DNA from: Anthoceros angustus
Taxonomy: Eukaryota; Plantae; Anthocerotophyta
Direction of reading: 5' to 3'
Assembly: GCA_010909165.1 (NCBI GenBank)
Contig: MU008161.1
Location: 434,001 to 498,000 of the forward strand
Length of the DNA: 64,000 bases
This document shows positions 12,101 through 25,015 of the stretch, piece by piece (position 1 is the first letter of the stretch; every line of letters starts with the position of its first letter). Made by a program: the position numbers and the translations under genes. A model generated the notes under the pieces. That model made no database searches, was not told where the DNA came from, and saw nothing but the letters and a program-made list of their open reading frames with translations.

Positions 12101-14581
12101 TCGTAGAATGAATAATCATCCTGGCCACTGCACAGCTGACCGTCCTCAGTCCTCTGGTTGCGACACAACCAATACAGCTTGCAACAAACAGAAGGCTGCG
12201 AGAAAATCAAGATTACCCTGAAATGTCCCATATAATAAATCCGCCAGATCCAAAATGGCCACAATTCCCATGTGCACACCACCCCATGGCAGTCCGGACC
12301 ACAACTGCCACTACAGCAGAAGTGAAGAACACTCGCCACAACAACTGACTCCTCCACCTTCAACCACACAACTTCTCATCTGACAGTCTATTCATCGAGA
12401 AGCTTCTACTGAACAACAGAGTCTTCAACACAATAATTGCAGATTAAAGCTATGCAAACAAAACATGGGAAAGAATCAAGGAACACCATCACAATCTTCA
12501 TACCAGGATGTCACTTCTTCCAGTGCAAAAAGCACACCCCCAACTGGAGCCCTAAAAGCTGCTGACACACCAGCCGCACACCCACATGTCACCTAGCAAA
12601 TCAAAACCCCAATCAAGGGTCAGACCAAGCCATCTCAATGCACTTGCCACTTGACAATAAAGCCTTGATACAACGAGCCAAAACGTGGGCTGTAAATGAT
12701 CAAAGGGGAATGGAGGCCGTGAGAAGTTTAAAGGTCACCAGATCACGACGATCTCGATCATTCTTGAAGACTTTGAGCCATCTCCAGTTGAGGTAATACT
12801 TCGTTGATCCACCCTGAAGTTAAGCAGGAGATGATGATGAACAGACAAGCAAAATAGATGCTATCCATCACGCCCCTTGTATCCTTAGCTGTGAAAAACT
12901 ATCAGTCTAATAGTAATATTAATTACAGGAGATATAAGGGTATGCTAATGCAATCAAACCTGCAGATAGAGGGACCAAAGTGGGTAGCACAAATCAAAAA
13001 ATTTCCAGCAGCAGCTTGCTTCAGGCCGTCCATGAGCTCACAAACTCTTACGGTGGCACAGAAGAGTTCAAGACGGAAAGAACCAGTCAGACAAGGCTAG
13101 TAAGTGAAGGGGTAGAAATGATCTGACAGGTCTTGACATCTACAGTGACGTAAACACTGCACAAGTCCTCACGTTTTTGCTCTCTGACGTTTCCAGGACA
13201 GACAGACAGACTAAGATCATGATTTCACGCCTCATTACAGCCAACGTTTGGAACCATCACTAACCTGCCCAAGGATGGATGCAATGCACGCGCCTGTGTG
13301 CACCAAGGGTCCCTCTTTCCCGAGGGCCAGACCTCCACCCACAGAACCGATGCTACCTAGTATCTGATACACATGGCAAGTATATCTCAGGAAATGTACC
13401 ATCAACCTCTGCGACTAGGCAACCTTACACCTAATGTTAACTGCAGTCTTGAAAGAAGACTCACTGTGACCTAGGTCACCCTATCTGAAGCCTTACCTTT
13501 CCAATGAGAGTTCTGAAAAGGAGGATGCCAGGTGTATCGATACCTGCATTCAAGACATCCTGAATCTTACAAACCACTCCAAAGAGAACAGAAATGTCAA
13601 TAGATCAGAGCTTCAGTAAAACGTTAATGCCGCAGACAGCCATCTCACCGTTAAGATACCCCTTAATTTCTGGAATTCCTGACCCAGCCGCTGCTGGTGC
13701 AAAATGTGTGACAATGAAGACGGAGGAGAAAACTAGTGCCCCATTGAATAAGATGTACACCAGAAAAGCTAAGAAGTAGGAGTGATTCATAATGGAAAAC
13801 GTCGCTGCAAACTTCCAGCCAGCAAAGTTCTCCACCGCTATATTGATGAAGAAAGCTGAAAGCCCCGTAGCTGCAGATCAAGAACGACACAGATAATTTA
13901 TACTTCCAGGTGCTTCAACGGTGGAAACCCATTCTTCCATAGTGACCTCGTTAACATGAGCTAGAAAAATCTTTTTGAAACCTACCAACTCCAATTAACA
14001 GAGCGAAGAGCCACTTCATGGTGACATACGATCCATGATGCCAAAAGTCCCTTGATGCCTGCCATAACGCAATTTCTGAGGTCTTTCAAACCAATTTTCG
14101 ACTGAATGAAAGCATGATAAGTTAAACGTAGCCACAAATGCAGTTCACTTCCACATTACATAGCGGTGCTCAGTTGTCTACGTAATTACAGAGTTCCTGT
14201 TGGACTTGAGGTGCTAGATCACCCATGGAGTAAGACAGATAAGAGCAGCATAGGACATTAGATTCAACCCCCATACAGCTGACCTAGCAAACAATACCGA
14301 CAGGAGCTGGGAAGCTCTTCCACACAAAAAAATTGCCAGAGAGCACCATCCAGGGGGAACATCTTGCGAAACAGAAATCACAATCCAGGACTGCTCACCT
14401 GATCCTCCTTGTACGCTAAGCTTTCCACAACTTCGTAGTCCAGACTCTCCATACTCGCGGCGCTACTCTCTGCCCCACCATCTCGACGATCCACCTCAGA
14501 GAATGCCAAGGGGGAATCGGGGTTCACGAGCCGGGACCACATGGGGCCCCCCTTGCCGAACCTCATGCGCTCGTCCTGCAT
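9185..14581 (-). CDS. CLC-d: CLC-d-type chloride channel / anion-H+ exchanger, about 22 exons, C-terminal CBS domains
   Basis: Hand-spliced exons with canonical GT-AG give SLDYEV, KWLFALLIG, APAAAGSGIPEIKGYLNG, LGKEGPLVHTG, FRAPVGGVLFALEEVTSW, GQFVPGIMIG, LGGSMRMTVSLCVIMVEITNN, HNGFPV, VYNLFRQLGLRH, ITRKDLL; last exon and stop uncertain. Confidence 0.93.
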
Positions 14582-16409
14582 TCAGTCAGGGCCTGGAAAG
14601 CCACCCCCTACAAGCGGTGCTCCAATCCCGAGCTAATCCATCGCGCACAACTCTTGTTCTGCCATGACAGACCTAACCATCCAATCACAGCTCCGTGCTT
14701 CCTCTTGTCTTGCACCAGACTCATGAGCAACTGGACCATCCCAAATTGTCACTGCCAACCAAGCTACAGCACTTGCGGATCCCGGTCCCGTCACCCAGCA
14801 GCGCGGAACAAGAGAGGCGATCAGACTCCAGATCTCGGCCAGGCATTCCTGTTAACCACAACTGCGGTTTCCGTCCCCACAGACGCAAATCGTCAGCTGC
14901 AGCTGCCACCCAACGCCGTGCCGTGTGACGGAGGTGTGGGATAATAGGAAACGCGCACCGAGCGCGACTGTCGTGCTGTAAGCCCGGGTGCAACAGGCTT
15001 TCCCCTACTCCACCAAGCTGTAGTCCATGGCTGTGTTCCGATGGAGCACTAAACCGGGTGCCCCGCGTCGTGGTCTCAATCAGTGCTCCCGCACATGCGC
15101 CTCCTGTGCCGCGCCTACCGGCTGACCGGCAGCTTTGCTACCGGTACCCGGTCACCTGCAACACACACTAGGTGAAGCAGACACCGTCGGTTCATCCAGC
15201 TATGACAGGCCGATTTCGAGAAATGTGGCGGCATGAAGCGAGCTGGCAAGTCCAAGTTGTGTCAGTCTGTGTGTGAGCTCCCTTTCCCATCTCCAACAGC
15301 GCTGCTGTCCGAGGAACAGCAGCGCCTGCCTCCCGTGACCCGTTGCACCACAAAATCTGAGCTATGCGGGCCCAGGGTACTTCGTTTCGTTTTGAACAGT
15401 GAAATTGCTCTCCCTTGACAGTCATTTCTCCCTGGCCGGCGCTAGGTTTTTGAGTTTCCGCCAACAGCATGTGAAGGGATCCTGTCACCAAAATTTGCTA
15501 GTAGCACAGCAGAGATGGAACTTTGTGGCTTTCTCATCCAGTGCACCCAGCTCGCAAGCGAGCAGAGCATGTATGTGACAAGTCCGTCAACCCTTGGAAC
15601 CCTCTAGTGGCGCTATCGGCAACTGCCGAAGCCTCAGGATCATCGACCTGAATCGGGACATTTCGGTCGCATTTTCCGCGGCACCTTTCAGATGTGCGAG
15701 ACAGCAAGTGCCATATCCGCATGCTATCTCCTATCATCTTCTGTCACTCCGTCTCTTGTCATCTCTCTTTGTCGCCAGAAGGACAAGCATTTCCGCCTCG
15801 GTCGAGTGTGATGTAGCTCTCCAATGTGTTCGAGGTGGTGAAAGTCCACGAAGGATTTGAACGGGAAGGTCTATCATGGAAGTTGGCTATCACCTTGGCT
15901 ATGGTAGGAGACTCCAATATAGTAACTATAATTTAACCATAAAATATTGAAAGCCTCACCGTCATTTGGGTCTCACATGAAATTCAGGTCATCCGGATTT
16001 GAACCCCCATCCAGAGCACCTTATAAAACACGGGTGAAAAGGCTTGGGGTCAGGTCATAATGAGGGTAATTAATAACCCTTATCTTATGTGCTCAAAACA
16101 ACAGTACTCTATGGTTCATGGAAATTCGTCTTTAGGCTCTTGTCGTGCCACAGCAGGGCAAATATAGCACCGAACGGTTTATGGAAATTCGCTGGTAAGC
16201 TTTTGTCGTGCCATAGTTTATTTGATGTTGGTGGTGGTCCTGATGTTGGTGCATCCACGGTGGTGATCCCGACTTTGCGGCGTGACTACCTGGTTGGAAG
16301 TGGGTGGAGCAACTGGTGCTGCTTGCATTGCTTATGCTGCCTTTCACATGTTGCTGCTACTTGCAAGCAAGTTTGTGGTTGAATCGTGTTTTTGGCTGTT
16401 ACGCTGGTG

Positions 16410-17060
16410 GTCTGTGGAGAGTACTCTTCTTCACTGTCTGAGAGTGGATTTCCTAACTATGGGGAGTGGTATTCCTCACTCTGCAGAACCCTATTCCTCA
16501 CTGTCGAGAGTGGATTCCTAACACTTGACCGTGGTGTTCCTGGCTGTGGAGAGTGTGCTCCTGGTTGTGGAGATTGTTGTTCCTCGCTTGTGGAGAGTGG
16601 TGTTTCTGGCTGTGGAGAGTGGTGTTGCTGGCTATGCAGAGTGGTGCTCCTCGCTGTGGAGAGTGGTGCTCCTCGCTGTGGAGAGTGGTGCTCCTCGCTG
16701 TGGAGAGTGGAGCTCCTCGCTGTGGAGAGTGGTGCTTTTGGTTGTGGAGAGTGGTTCTCATGGCTGTGGAGAGTGGTGCTCCTCGCTGTGGAGAGTGGTG
16801 CTCCTCGCTGTGGAGAGTGGTGCTCCTCGGCATGAGTGGTGCTCCTCATTGTGAGAGTGGTGCCTCACTCATTGGAGAGTGGTGCTCCTCATTGTGGAGG
16901 TGGTGCCTCCAGGAGAGTGGTGCTCTCGGCAGGGAGAGTGGTGCCTGGGCAGGAGAGGTGTGCCCCAGGGTCAGGAGAGTGGTGCTCCTCGTTGTGAAGA
17001 GTGGTGCTCCTCGCTGTGGAGAGTGGTGCTCCTCGCTGTGGAGAGTGGTATTCCTTCCTG
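16410..17060 (+). repeat. 22-bp tandem repeat array (CTCCTCGCTGTGGAGAGTGGTG)
   Basis: Many near-identical units in the core, degenerate at the edges; explains the 22-aa periodic ORFs in all frames. Confidence 0.92.
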
Positions 17061-18108
17061 TGTAGTGTTGTCCTAGCTATGGTCAGTGTGGTCCTGACTG
17101 TGGCGAGGAACCATGCTGGGGGTCCAATGCTGATGCTGGTGGGTGCTTGTTGACTTCGCATAGTGCTGGTGATCCGGCTTTGCAAGCAGCTGCACCTGCT
17201 CCTTGCAAGCAATTACTGCTGGTTGCAAGGTGGTGAAGCAGCAGGTGTTGCTTGCCTTGCTGATGCCGTGGTTTGGTCCTAATGGTGGTGGACTAATGCT
17301 GCACTTCACATAGTGTTGTTGGTCCGACTTTCAAGTGCAATGTTGAAGTTGGTGGAGCACCGCCGGCCGGCAAGTGTGGTTGAATCTTGTTTTTGGGCGA
17401 TGTAGTGTGGTTTGTTTTGTGGTATGGTTGCAACGATTTTGTGGTGCTACCATGTGGGCATGCTTACCACGATTTACCTATCAACATCTCCTTTCATGAA
17501 AATTGTGTTGTTCCAACATATATGTTTTTGGAAGATGCCGATCTGTTGAAGGCGGGTTACCTGCTCCAAATGGGCCCTCAATTGGCCCCGAGATAGGTGA
17601 AAAGTGTAATGAGGAACCTGGGAAGACAAGTCCTGTAAGCTGAGTGAGGAAGGGAGCTTTGCACAACATTTAGCTTCTGCGCGGAGGATCGCTAGCGCAC
17701 CCTCCGCCGAACTGAGCCAGGGTTGGACTCCCTACACCGATCCGGAGAGGGAGCCACCGAGCTTCTCTCTCGCCATTCTTGGGGGCAAGCACCCAGCCAC
17801 ATGCAAGCGTACCAAACCCATGTGTTTCATCCACTTCCAATTCCTGATTCAGACACCATTGGCGAATGAAGTGGCCTCAGTTCTTGAAGGCAGCAGACTT
17901 CCTGAGTACCTGAGTACCTTCTACTTCCAGTACATCTATAGTCAAATGCAAAGTTGATCTGTGCTTGTCGCAAAAGAGTAGAACCCAGAACTCTGAACAA
18001 CCCAAAATTGGTGAAACAAATGAACTATCTTCAACCTTACGTTGCCTGGATACCAGAGTCGGTCTGTGAAGAGACCACCAACGCATTCTACTATTGTGTG
18101 CTCTGGTC

Positions 18109-19618
18109 TCAGACCAAGCCTTCAAAAGCCTGCACTATCGATCTCTTTGGTGCTAAACCATACAGCGATGTATCGCCCCTCTCAGTTAAAATGAACTCGA
18201 ATTTGCAGGTCGCCACCTGTTGAGCGCCATGAATACACTCGGCATTTTGTAGGTCCAGTGTGTACTGGTTAGGGCTATTCAAGTCCTTTAAGTAATAATG
18301 GCCAAGAACCACTGTGTCTCCTGCAACAAACTGCACATTGCTCCAAGGACATTGTCGGGACTGGGGGAGGCAATGTGACCCTTGTACGCATTTAGCAAGG
18401 TAATATGAATCACCCTTGTCAGAGGGCTCTGCAAACACCATAAAGTTGTCACCCACTTCCAGCATATTTGCCATGTTTGTGACATCTTCCGTCTCATCCT
18501 CCACAAGGGGAAGCCTTCCACCAGTAGGCTCCCCTTCTAAAACTACGTCCGCTTGTTGGGCCAATCGTTGCTGACGTGTTCGAACTCCTGTAGGCACCTC
18601 GGAATATGGTCGTATGGTGATGTCTCGCCACAAGCCAGCATGTGGAATGGACTCACAATCAGAGTGGTTATTGTCCATGCAAGCTGCACAGAAGCATGCC
18701 AAGTTCCGCATTTGTAACATTATCGGGGCAACACCGTTGTAGCCATGGATATATGCTATGACAACTCTTGGAGCCTGGAATAGCATCACAACCCCATTTC
18801 ACCTGCCGATTCACATCACTGGGTCCAATCAGCCAAAAAGTGCGACATACACGGATACTACCAAAATTGTTGTAACGAAGGAAAGCGACAACATCAGCAG
18901 CATTCTGCATCCGCGGTGCACCAGGGTGAGACTCTTGCGCACGAAGAGCGCGCTTCAGAATGGCTCCTACGTACCCCATCATATTCCCCCTTACCATGGC
19001 CACTACCAAAATATGACCACAACATGTTGCATCCTCCTATCAGGCTAGGATATCTTGCAACATAGTAAGATGGTCGGCATGCCTTTAACTGTGATGCTGC
19101 ACCATCTGACCAAACCCAGTCTTCACGGGGTCTAGGGAACCCTTCATCCAGCATCCACTGCCAATGCAGACCCAAGCAATGTTGCACAAATAATGTGTCG
19201 TGTAATATGTCATCACTAACAAAGAAGTGGTAATATTTCTGGACACCAGCACCAGGGTTAGCAAGATCAATTGGTTGAGTGCGCCTATAGAACACAAGGA
19301 CCGGAATAGTGACTTGGTCGTTATACCAGTGATAGACTGGATTTCATTTTGTACACCAAAAGCGTAATTTTGAGAAAATCCAAGACACTGACCACCACAT
19401 CGGCTGGGAACCACTCCACACTGCGGCGGAATTCCTGGCCTTGCCACCTCTGCCAGAAGTCATGCAAAATGAATGCTTTCAACTTGTCTCTCAAATATAG
19501 TATCATGTCTAAAGGGTGAGTCTCCATGAATGCCAACTTGATCCACTTCTTCTCAATGCCTTCCACTGTCTTTCCAACTACCTGATACTGGAAGCATCGC
19601 CAACTGATGGTAGCATTT
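18109..19618 (-). pseudogene. Sola2-like DNA transposase, catalytic core and C-terminus
   Basis: Motifs across small frameshifts: VLDF(S)QNYAFGVQNEIQS, HFFVSDD..HD, WSDGAASQ, WSYFGSGHGKGEYDGVGAILKR, RNLACFCAAC. The Sola2 assignment is from recalled family motifs. Confidence 0.78.
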
Positions 19619-19830
19619 TAATAAAAACAGGCAATGCTGGCCTGATGTCAAAACAGTTTGACATTGTGTGAGAGAGCACGGGCGTGAGGCCGAGAACGCT
19701 GAACAAAAACATATGATAATGAAAGAATTAAATTGCCAAAGAGTTGTAACAGAGTATTTATACTTAAACCCTAAAATAAGTCTAACGATGCGTCTAGGTT
19801 AAATACCTAATATAGGCATATTTTTCAACA
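19619..19830 (-). repeat. Copia 3' LTR
   Basis: Direct repeat of 40851-41062; reads TGTTGAAAAA...TTTTTATTA on the - strand. Confidence 0.93.
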
Positions 19831-20699
19831 CTCCCACATAACGTAGACAGCAGTCGTAACATGCATACATAGTCTGTCGTAGGCATAACAGGATCAAAAC
19901 CCTTAGCGAAACGTTTAAGTCCGGAGTAAATCGCGTCATGCGTCTCCCTGACTCGCCTGCTGATATGCTTCGTCTCGCTACTCGATTGCCTCTCTCTGGC
20001 GGGATAACATGGCCACGAGAAGCGGTGCACGACATGCACGAGAGCGGACTGACAGCAACGCCCAAGAGGAAAACAAGTACCCCGACCGACGGTGTTCAAC
20101 AGAGGCTGGAATGGAAACCATTCACTCTTCCAAAGGCCGGTGATCTAGTCTGGTGGAAAGTGGAGGTGGCGGCGAACATCACAGTGAGGAACAAGTACAA
20201 GAAAAACCCAGAGGTGAAGGAGGAGCCCGTCGACCTGCTGGAAAGGCCTACTGCGGATTCCCTTAGAGGCATGAGGGTTCGATGGTTGGACGCTGTGAAT
20301 ATGCCGCTGCCTGCGGATGGAGAGGAGGGAGGAACGGATGCTGAGAAGTCTGTGAGGGCAGAAGTGGTGAAGCTCCTACAGAACGGAAAAAGTGAGCAGA
20401 GGAAGCAAGACTAGGTAAAACTCTAAGCTTCATCCTTGCTATCTCATAATGGCTGCCTAGGAAAAAGAGAGAGCAATCGACCTACTCGATTGAACGCGTT
20501 TGTCGTACTCACAAGGCACTGGTAGAAGGCCCTGAAGTGAGGGAAAAAGGAAATGCCAGAGGTCGCATAATGCAAGCTAATTTAAGCCGCCAACTTGAAG
20601 ACCGGGGACTTAGGGTCACCACCTCATACCCCACCCCCCAAACCACAAGATCAGTAAGCATCCTCCATACCTTTCCGAATTGATCAAGTCCTTGGAGTC

Positions 20700-21540
20700 C
20701 TAGGACTCAATGAATGCATGCTTCGCCTTAGCGATGTTGCTTTGGTCAGAATGTCCGCAGTGTTCTCAGCAGTTGGGATATATTCCACCTTGATAACTCC
20801 TCTTCAATCCTGTATCCCGGATATAGTGGTGCTTAATCTCAAAATGTTTTGTTCTCGCATGAAAACGAGGGTTTGCGACTAGGGCGATGGCTGAATTGTT
20901 GTCACAGAAAATGGTAGTCGGGCTAGGCTGCTCCAAATGAAGGTCCTTGAGGTAAGATCTCTGCCATTCTGCTTCTTTGGCGGAATCTGTTAAAGAGATG
21001 TATTCAGCCTCAGTAGAAGATAATGCTATTGATGATTGCTTCTTGCAGGACTAGTTTACGGCTCCGCCAGCTAAGAGAAAACAGTATGTTGATAAGCTCT
21101 TTCGGGAATCAGAGTCAGATGCCCAATTTGCATCTGTATAAGCCAAAAGCGTTAGTCCAGATGGTGAGCCTAACTGGAAAAAGAGACCATAGTGCAAGGT
21201 ACCCTTCAGGTAACGATATATTCGTTTTACAGCTGCCCAATGTATACGTCCTGGTCTTTCTAGAAACTGTGAAACGCAGCTAACAGAGAAAGCAATATCA
21301 GGTCGTGTCTAATTCGAGATGAAGATCAAGCAGCCAACAGCATGCCTATAAGGAACCATCTCCATATCAGCTATCTCTTCAGGTGTGCTCGCACATTGGT
21401 CTGAGGTAAGCTTAACTCCCACAGAACCTGGAGTGGAAACTGGTCGGCCTTGATCGAGCTCAAAACGCTTCAATATTTCTGTAAGGTATTTCTTCTGATG
21501 AATGACAATGAGCCGTTTCTCTCTGTTCCTTAAAACTTGC
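20700..21540 (-). pseudogene. Copia RT C-terminus and RNase H
   Basis: HQKKYLTEILKRF, VPYRHAVG, TRPDIAFSV, YRYLKGT, DANWA, KKQSSIALSSTEAEY, IFCDNNSAIAL, HARTKHFEIKHHYIR. Confidence 0.88.
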
Positions 21541-21599
21541 TGCCATTGTTGATTGCCTGGACACTGTCATGTTCAAATGCACCTATGCCATCACAAAAT

Positions 21600-21775
21600 G
21601 TCATTTTCTAGTAGTTCTATCTTAGAAGAGCATGTCCAACACTTGAGAAAAGTGTTAGAAATGTTAAGAGCAAATTCTTTGTTCTTAGCTATAACAAAGT
21701 GTGACTTTGTTAAGAAAGAGATAGACTTCCTAGAATTCATTGTCTCAGATGTATCGGATGGATCCTCAAGAGATC
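21600..21775 (+). pseudogene. Gypsy RT fragment
   Basis: EEHVQHLRKVLEMLRANSLFLAITKCDFVKKEIDFLEFIVS (region after YxDD). Confidence 0.75.
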
Positions 21776-23679
21776 AGTTAATGGGGCCGTAATCTTACTA
21801 AAGGAGAAACCCGATCATGCAGTCACAAACCATCGAGGCAAGATTCAACTTCACCGCTTTGGGGAAACGGAGGCAGGTTTGTTTGAGTTTTTAAATGCTC
21901 CTTCTCGAGGCCACAAGAGCCGCTTTGATGTCCTTACGCACGGATAAAAAGGAACTGGGGCACTACACCCACAAGGTGTGGCTCATTTGAAGGATGGGTT
22001 AGTGGGTTTGCGACCTTATGTGCCAAGAGTACAAGTGGTGGAAGAATTGGTTGACTGCATCGAGATTGTCGTTATTGTCGAAAACCACATCGGCCTTGTT
22101 CGGACCGCCCTTGGAAATGGTTCTCCGTGTCAAGAGGAAGAGACACACCTTCATGTACCGATGAAGCTTTGCTAGAGGAAGACTGCTGAGGGAGCTTCCC
22201 CAACGAGATATGTACCGGAGCATATCAAAACATTGAAGGCAAGCAGCTGAAATGGCGCTGGTTGATATTGCAGAGATCAAGAAGGGAATGTTCCTGGCGC
22301 ATGCACCACCGACATACACAATGCACCTTTCCGGATTGGGAAAATGACGTGAGGTTGGATGCACCACAACCTCACTTTCTTATCCAGTATCGGACGAGAT
22401 CATACTGGACGTCTGAAGGCGGTATGTAGAGGAATATATACTACGAGAGCGCAAACAAGATGGGCCACCTTTGGGAAAAAGGGGAATAAGGTATTTTATC
22501 CCAAAACATACAGGAGGTCTATGTCATACTGATCATCCTTTATTACGGTTTTATTTTGAATGCGGAAACATTTGTATCGGTGGACAAAAAGCGATCGGGG
22601 ACAAATTGAGCGGTGCGATTCATACAACCGGTCAAAGTGTGGCGGAGGATAGCGATGACAATAATGGGGAATGGGCCAGCGATAATGAGCGTGAACTCGG
22701 GGGACGAATAGCTGGGTGGGGCGACCGGCTGAACCATTCTCATTAGGGGTTGTATGGATGTGGCTCCCACTTCACGTGTCCATTCGCCCATCCTTTCCAA
22801 CTTAATCGCGATGGAAGGGTGGGGGCGCGGCAGCGGCACCCCATTCCTCGTGTTCTTTGTAAGTGCATAACTTTATCCGAAATTGAAGTAGCTGCAATGA
22901 CGATTGCATATACCACGTGTTTAAGGCTGAGTATTGATGGACCGTGTCACGCGAATATGGTGCGTGTGATCAGCGGTTTGGGGGTAGTTGTGTGCAACAC
23001 CACGGCATGCAACATGACCCCCCTACTGCAAGGTTATGTTCTATGCCATTCCAAAGGAAGTGGTGACCATGCGTATATCAAACATGTGGAATGTGTCCTT
23101 GTGGACAATGGCGAGGGGGCGCCGGCCAGCCGCCGCCCCCTCGTGGAACATGCCACGCCGCACATCCACTGTTCAAAATTCATTCAAGGAAGGCGGTGCC
23201 CAAGTGGATAGCAAACATGTTCCATGTGACCTTCCACAATGGTGAGGAGCCAAGGAGGCGGCCGGCGCCCATCCTGCCTCCTGTGTTCAAGGATCACACA
23301 TTACACACAGGCAGGAAACGAAATTTTCTTCCCCATAAATATGTTGATGGTTTGAACACTGTCATGAGTGCATAACCCCCATAGTGGCGTTCGATTCGCG
23401 GTTACGATGTGTATTGCTTGACCGGCAAAGCGGTGTGCATTAGTGGGTCTTGTTTTGGCGACAAATGGTTAAGGGAAGAGGGTCACCCTTGGCGATCATA
23501 TGAACCAACAGGAAAACTCGTATGATCAAGAGCGGACCCTTTTTTCGGTATGGTTTCCAATAATAGCTGAACCCACAACTTTTAGACCCATCACCAACCC
23601 TCTTCAGCGGTTATTCACAAAAAACCCCCATCGAGGATATTCCCCCCCTTCAAAATTTATGGTGTTCTTAACAGTGTAG

Positions 23680-25015
23680 TTGTTGCCATTTTGATTTCTG
23701 GACTTGATGAAGTCCTTATTCCTGATGTGGAGTACTTGACCATGGCACATGAAATTTGGAGTCAGCTTGAAGGCACATATGCTGTCAAGACTATGTTGAC
23801 CCTATGTGCTACAAAGCAGGAGTTGTATGCACTAAGGATGCGAGAAGGAGAGAGCGTGGCTGTCCACACCAGCAAATTTTGTCACCTTTGATCGTGCCTT
23901 AAACAGATGAATTCCATCATGACTGAAGAGGATGCAGTTGCACAACTATTGCTCAGCTTGCCTGCCTCGTATCAGACATTTGTCTCACTCCAAAATAGCC
24001 CTCTATCTGCAGCCGGTCATAGTTGATTAGCAGGTGCACAAGTCACTCTTACTTTGGAGAGCGTGATTGCTGCACTTTACCAGGAAGAGCAGAGCCGACT
24101 TCGACACAATTCCGGTGGCTCTGGCAAGATTCGAATAGACAAAGTCATGTATACCTCACGTCAGCGTGGAGGTTATGGGAGAGGGCGTGGCAGAGGAGGA
24201 AGCCGATTTCCCTCATCTGGATGACAACAACAGCAAACCTCCACTGCTGGTCCATCATCGACTTCAACAAAGAAACACAGTAGCATGGCGGTGCAACACT
24301 CCGGACATTGGGAGGGGCATGCAAAAAGAAGTGGAGAACCCGTCTAAACCTAAGCCCGGAGGTTCATTCTGTCACCAAAGAGAAAACTTCAAATGAAGGA
24401 GGCAAGGCTGTAGTTAAAATCTTTACCATCTGTCTCTCTTCATCACCAAGCGACCCTGCAAGCTGGTACCTCGATTCTGGCGCCACCGCGCATATCTGCA
24501 AGGATAAACGACTGTTCAGCAGTTACAAGGAGATTCACAACTCAAAGCAGTCTGTCCTACTTGGAGACGAGAAGAAATCAACCAGTCTCCCTATAAAAGG
24601 ATATGGTACTTGCCGTTTTCTCATGATTGACAATTCGGTTCTGCATGTCCCAGGGATACTCTATGTGCCCGATATGGCGAAGAACCTTCTGTCTATCAGG
24701 CTTTTGGCCATTCACCACAACCTGGAGTTTCGCTTCTTCGGGCTCCACTTGTGAAGTGTTCAGACGTGCCTCCAGCTCTTGTATCGGCATAGGCATTCCA
24801 GATGCTGACTTTTATCGTTTGGACGTCATCTGTGAAATGTCCTCCGATCTGGTTGCCACAGCAGCTACTCCTGTTGCTTACTTTCCACCAAGCGAACAAG
24901 CTATGTTATGGCATGCTCGTCTCGGGCATGTAAACAAGAATTCTCTAATTAAGATGTCCACTGGGGATTGCTATGCTGAGCCACTGCCATCATGTTTCAA
25001 GGATCTACCTTTATG
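23680..25015 (+). pseudogene. Second Copia: gag, protease and GAG-pre-integrase fragment
   Basis: AHEIWSQLEGTY, LYALRMREGESV, WYLDSGATAHIC, LYVPDMAKNLLSI, LWHARLGHVN. Confidence 0.88.

Noticed and set aside
15900-16300. Possible terminal inverted repeat of the Sola2-like element
   Set aside because: I could not find a matching inverted sequence or TSD near 57 kb
16386-17076. Cys/Trp-rich or His-rich repetitive ORFs, and a possible CRISPR-like array
   Set aside because: They are by-products of a stop-poor 22-bp tandem repeat; there are no unique spacers and no cas genes
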